Positions 62,001 to 64,000 of a DNA stretch of 64,000 nucleotides are shown one piece after another (position 1 is the stretch's first letter; each line of letters begins with the position of its first letter). The notes below the pieces were generated by a model that worked only from the letters and a program-made list of their open reading frames with translations, was not told the origin of the DNA and made no database searches. The translations under genes and the position numbers were made by a program. Source of the DNA: Ginglymostoma cirratum (lineage: Eukaryota); the NCBI GenBank assembly GCA_024137785.1, contig JAHRHZ010000023.1:42590260-42654259 (forward strand), given 5' to 3'.

Positions 62001-63109
62001 GACATTGCCCCCTCCCACCCCCACCATCAAACTCCACCAACGAGTGTGGCAATTTTACCTGTATGCAGTCTGGAGCCATGGATGGTGATAGTATAGACTG
62101 CAATTTCTTTCCATCACATGGCTGATCAGGAATCTTTCCCACTCCTATTACCTGTCATCAGCTTGTGTTGGAAGAATTTGTACTAAACCAGTTTGGCCAT
62201 CTTATGAAGGCATCCCCTTGGCCATCAATAAATGGAGTGGAACTTCCAGCAAAAGACTTCTAGCATTGGTTCAGAGGCAATGAGGCTGCCCATTCATCAT
62301 GGAGCTTCCAATTTGCATTCTTATAGCCTTAAATGTAGAATGTCTTAAGGCACTTTGTGAACAAACACTTGGACAAAAAGGGGGTTGGACTGATTTACGA
62401 GGAAGTTCCAAAGGGTTAGATCTGGGTAGCTATAGTCAGTGAAATCATCAGGAACAGACAAACATACAAGGGATTAAAAGCACAGGAGCAGAGAATGTTG
62501 GGGTGCAAGGGGCTGTTATTGCAGGATTCAAGGATATTACAATAATGGAAAGAGGCAAGGTAATGACGAATTTAACCTGACACATGAGCATTTTCAATTT
62601 GAGACGTTGAAGAAACAGAGTACAGTTTGAAATGGAGGAGAGTGATGAATAGAACAAATTACAAGAAAAAAAAACTCGGTTGTGGTTGTGGAGGAAGAAC
62701 TGCAGTGGATGAATGACTTTCTCAGGAGGAGAATAAATGTTGATGCCTTGTAATCACAATCTGTCATTGCTGATGATTGTTTGGTTGGAGTGGTTTTGTT
62801 CACTTTGAAAAGAACACTCGTCTTGACACCCTGACACCCCACGCATGCCAGATCATCTGCTGTTCCCATGACTGGAGAGCAAGTTATTCAGGTACTTGTC
62901 AATGGGATGATTCTGGTGGGTTAGTTGAATGTTGCCCTCTAGTTAGTATCTGTTGTATGAGAACATAACATAAATTTGGCAGGTGAGATCAAGATGACAA
63001 CACCCATGGAGAGACACAGTCACCGTATTCTTGGACTGCAGGAATGAAAAATAAATTCAAGAAACTTGAACTGTGTTTGTGAGTGGTAATCAGAATAACA
63101 AAATAAAAG

Positions 63110-63780
63110 CCCTCCCTTCTGTTGCCTTCTTATTTTTCCCTCTGCCGCCTTTCTCTTCCCTCTCCCCCACTATGTTTCATCTCCACTCCCTTTATTTCCC
63201 CGATCCCTCTTGTACCCTCTTCTACCCTGTCTCTTCAATTCAACTCTCCTCTGCTCTGTTCTCCTAACCTGTCTTTACCCACCTTCCTGTTGCCCATTCC
63301 CTCAGCTTGCTCCCTCTGTTTTTTTCCCAAACTCTGCATACTCTCCACACTTTTCTTCTTCTCTTCTCCCTTCTTCTCTGTCCTCAAAACCGTCCTTCTC
63401 ATCTACCCTCCCCTCTCTTCTCCTTTACGTGCTGTCCTTCTCCTCATCATTCCTTTTCTTTCCAAAACACTTTTCCCCTCCACTTTCTGCCCTCTACTGC
63501 TGTCCCCTCTCCCCTTCTTTTGTCTAACTCCCTGGTATTACTCTGCCCTTCCTTCCTTACATCCCCAATGGGCTCCTCCTCCTAAATCCTTACCCTTCGC
63601 TTCTCTCCCAACTCCCCACCTTTCTCCTCCTCCTGCCCTGATTTCTCCACCCATCCTGCACACTTCCGTACCTTCCTTTTCCCCTCCTTACCCTGTTCTG
63701 CCCTCTCCTGTCTTCTCCTCCCCACTTCTCTCCTTACCATCATCCTACCCTGTCTACCCCCACCGACCTCCAGGCATTCA
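63110..63780. repeat. Pyrimidine (CT)-rich low-complexity tract
   Basis: ~670 bp almost devoid of G; explains the spurious 233-aa P/S/L-rich ORF. Confidence 0.85.
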
Positions 63781-64000
63781 TTTCTCAGCTAGCAGCGCAT
63801 CTCTGTCGATTATCCTCAGCTGAGAGTAGGATGTAGACACCATTATACTGACAGAAGTGGCAAGTTAATTCCTCCCTGGTCCAACTGGGTTGATTCAGTT
63901 CAATCTCTGCAGTTGGTATGATTGACCCTGGCCCAGAGGGGTGGGGTATAGGGAGGGGAGGAACCTTGGCTAAAGTTCCTGTTCCTGAGGCTCTTCCTTG

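Noticed and set aside
63122-63823. 233-aa ORF
   Set aside because: Arises from a CT-rich low-complexity tract that lacks stop codons; no domain or splice context.
51490-64000. Exons of a downstream gene (TNRC18 by synteny) or an alternative fbxl18 last exon
   Set aside because: No CpG island or recognisable coding exon seen; cannot be supported without transcript alignment.

Overview
Vertebrate genomic DNA, most likely a cartilaginous fish (shark), inferred from HE1-like and SacSINE1-like SINEs and shark-type CR1 and Penelope repeats. Two intact genes lie in tandem on the + strand, as in the ACTB-FBXL18 synteny of other jawed vertebrates. The first is cytoplasmic beta-actin (actb: promoter ~3057-3143, non-coding exon 1, five coding exons 4752-6762, 375 aa, polyA signal 7215). 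The second is fbxl18 (four coding exons 16765-51482, 723 aa). The rest is intronic or intergenic and dense in LINEs (CR1, RTE), SINEs, a MITE and Penelope-like elements. Three observations stand out. (1) A 41-nt stop-containing poison exon in actb intron 3 (5303-5343) with downstream RBFOX motifs matches the mammalian actin 'exon 3a' architecture. (2) A Penelope-like retroelement has a perfect 15-bp TSD, ~430-bp inverted terminal repeats and two hammerhead-ribozyme motifs. (3) Short non-autonomous hammerhead-bearing elements with 14-15-bp TSDs recur, four of them clustered just upstream of the fbxl18 promoter. All comparisons to human or consensus sequences are from memory and need alignment.
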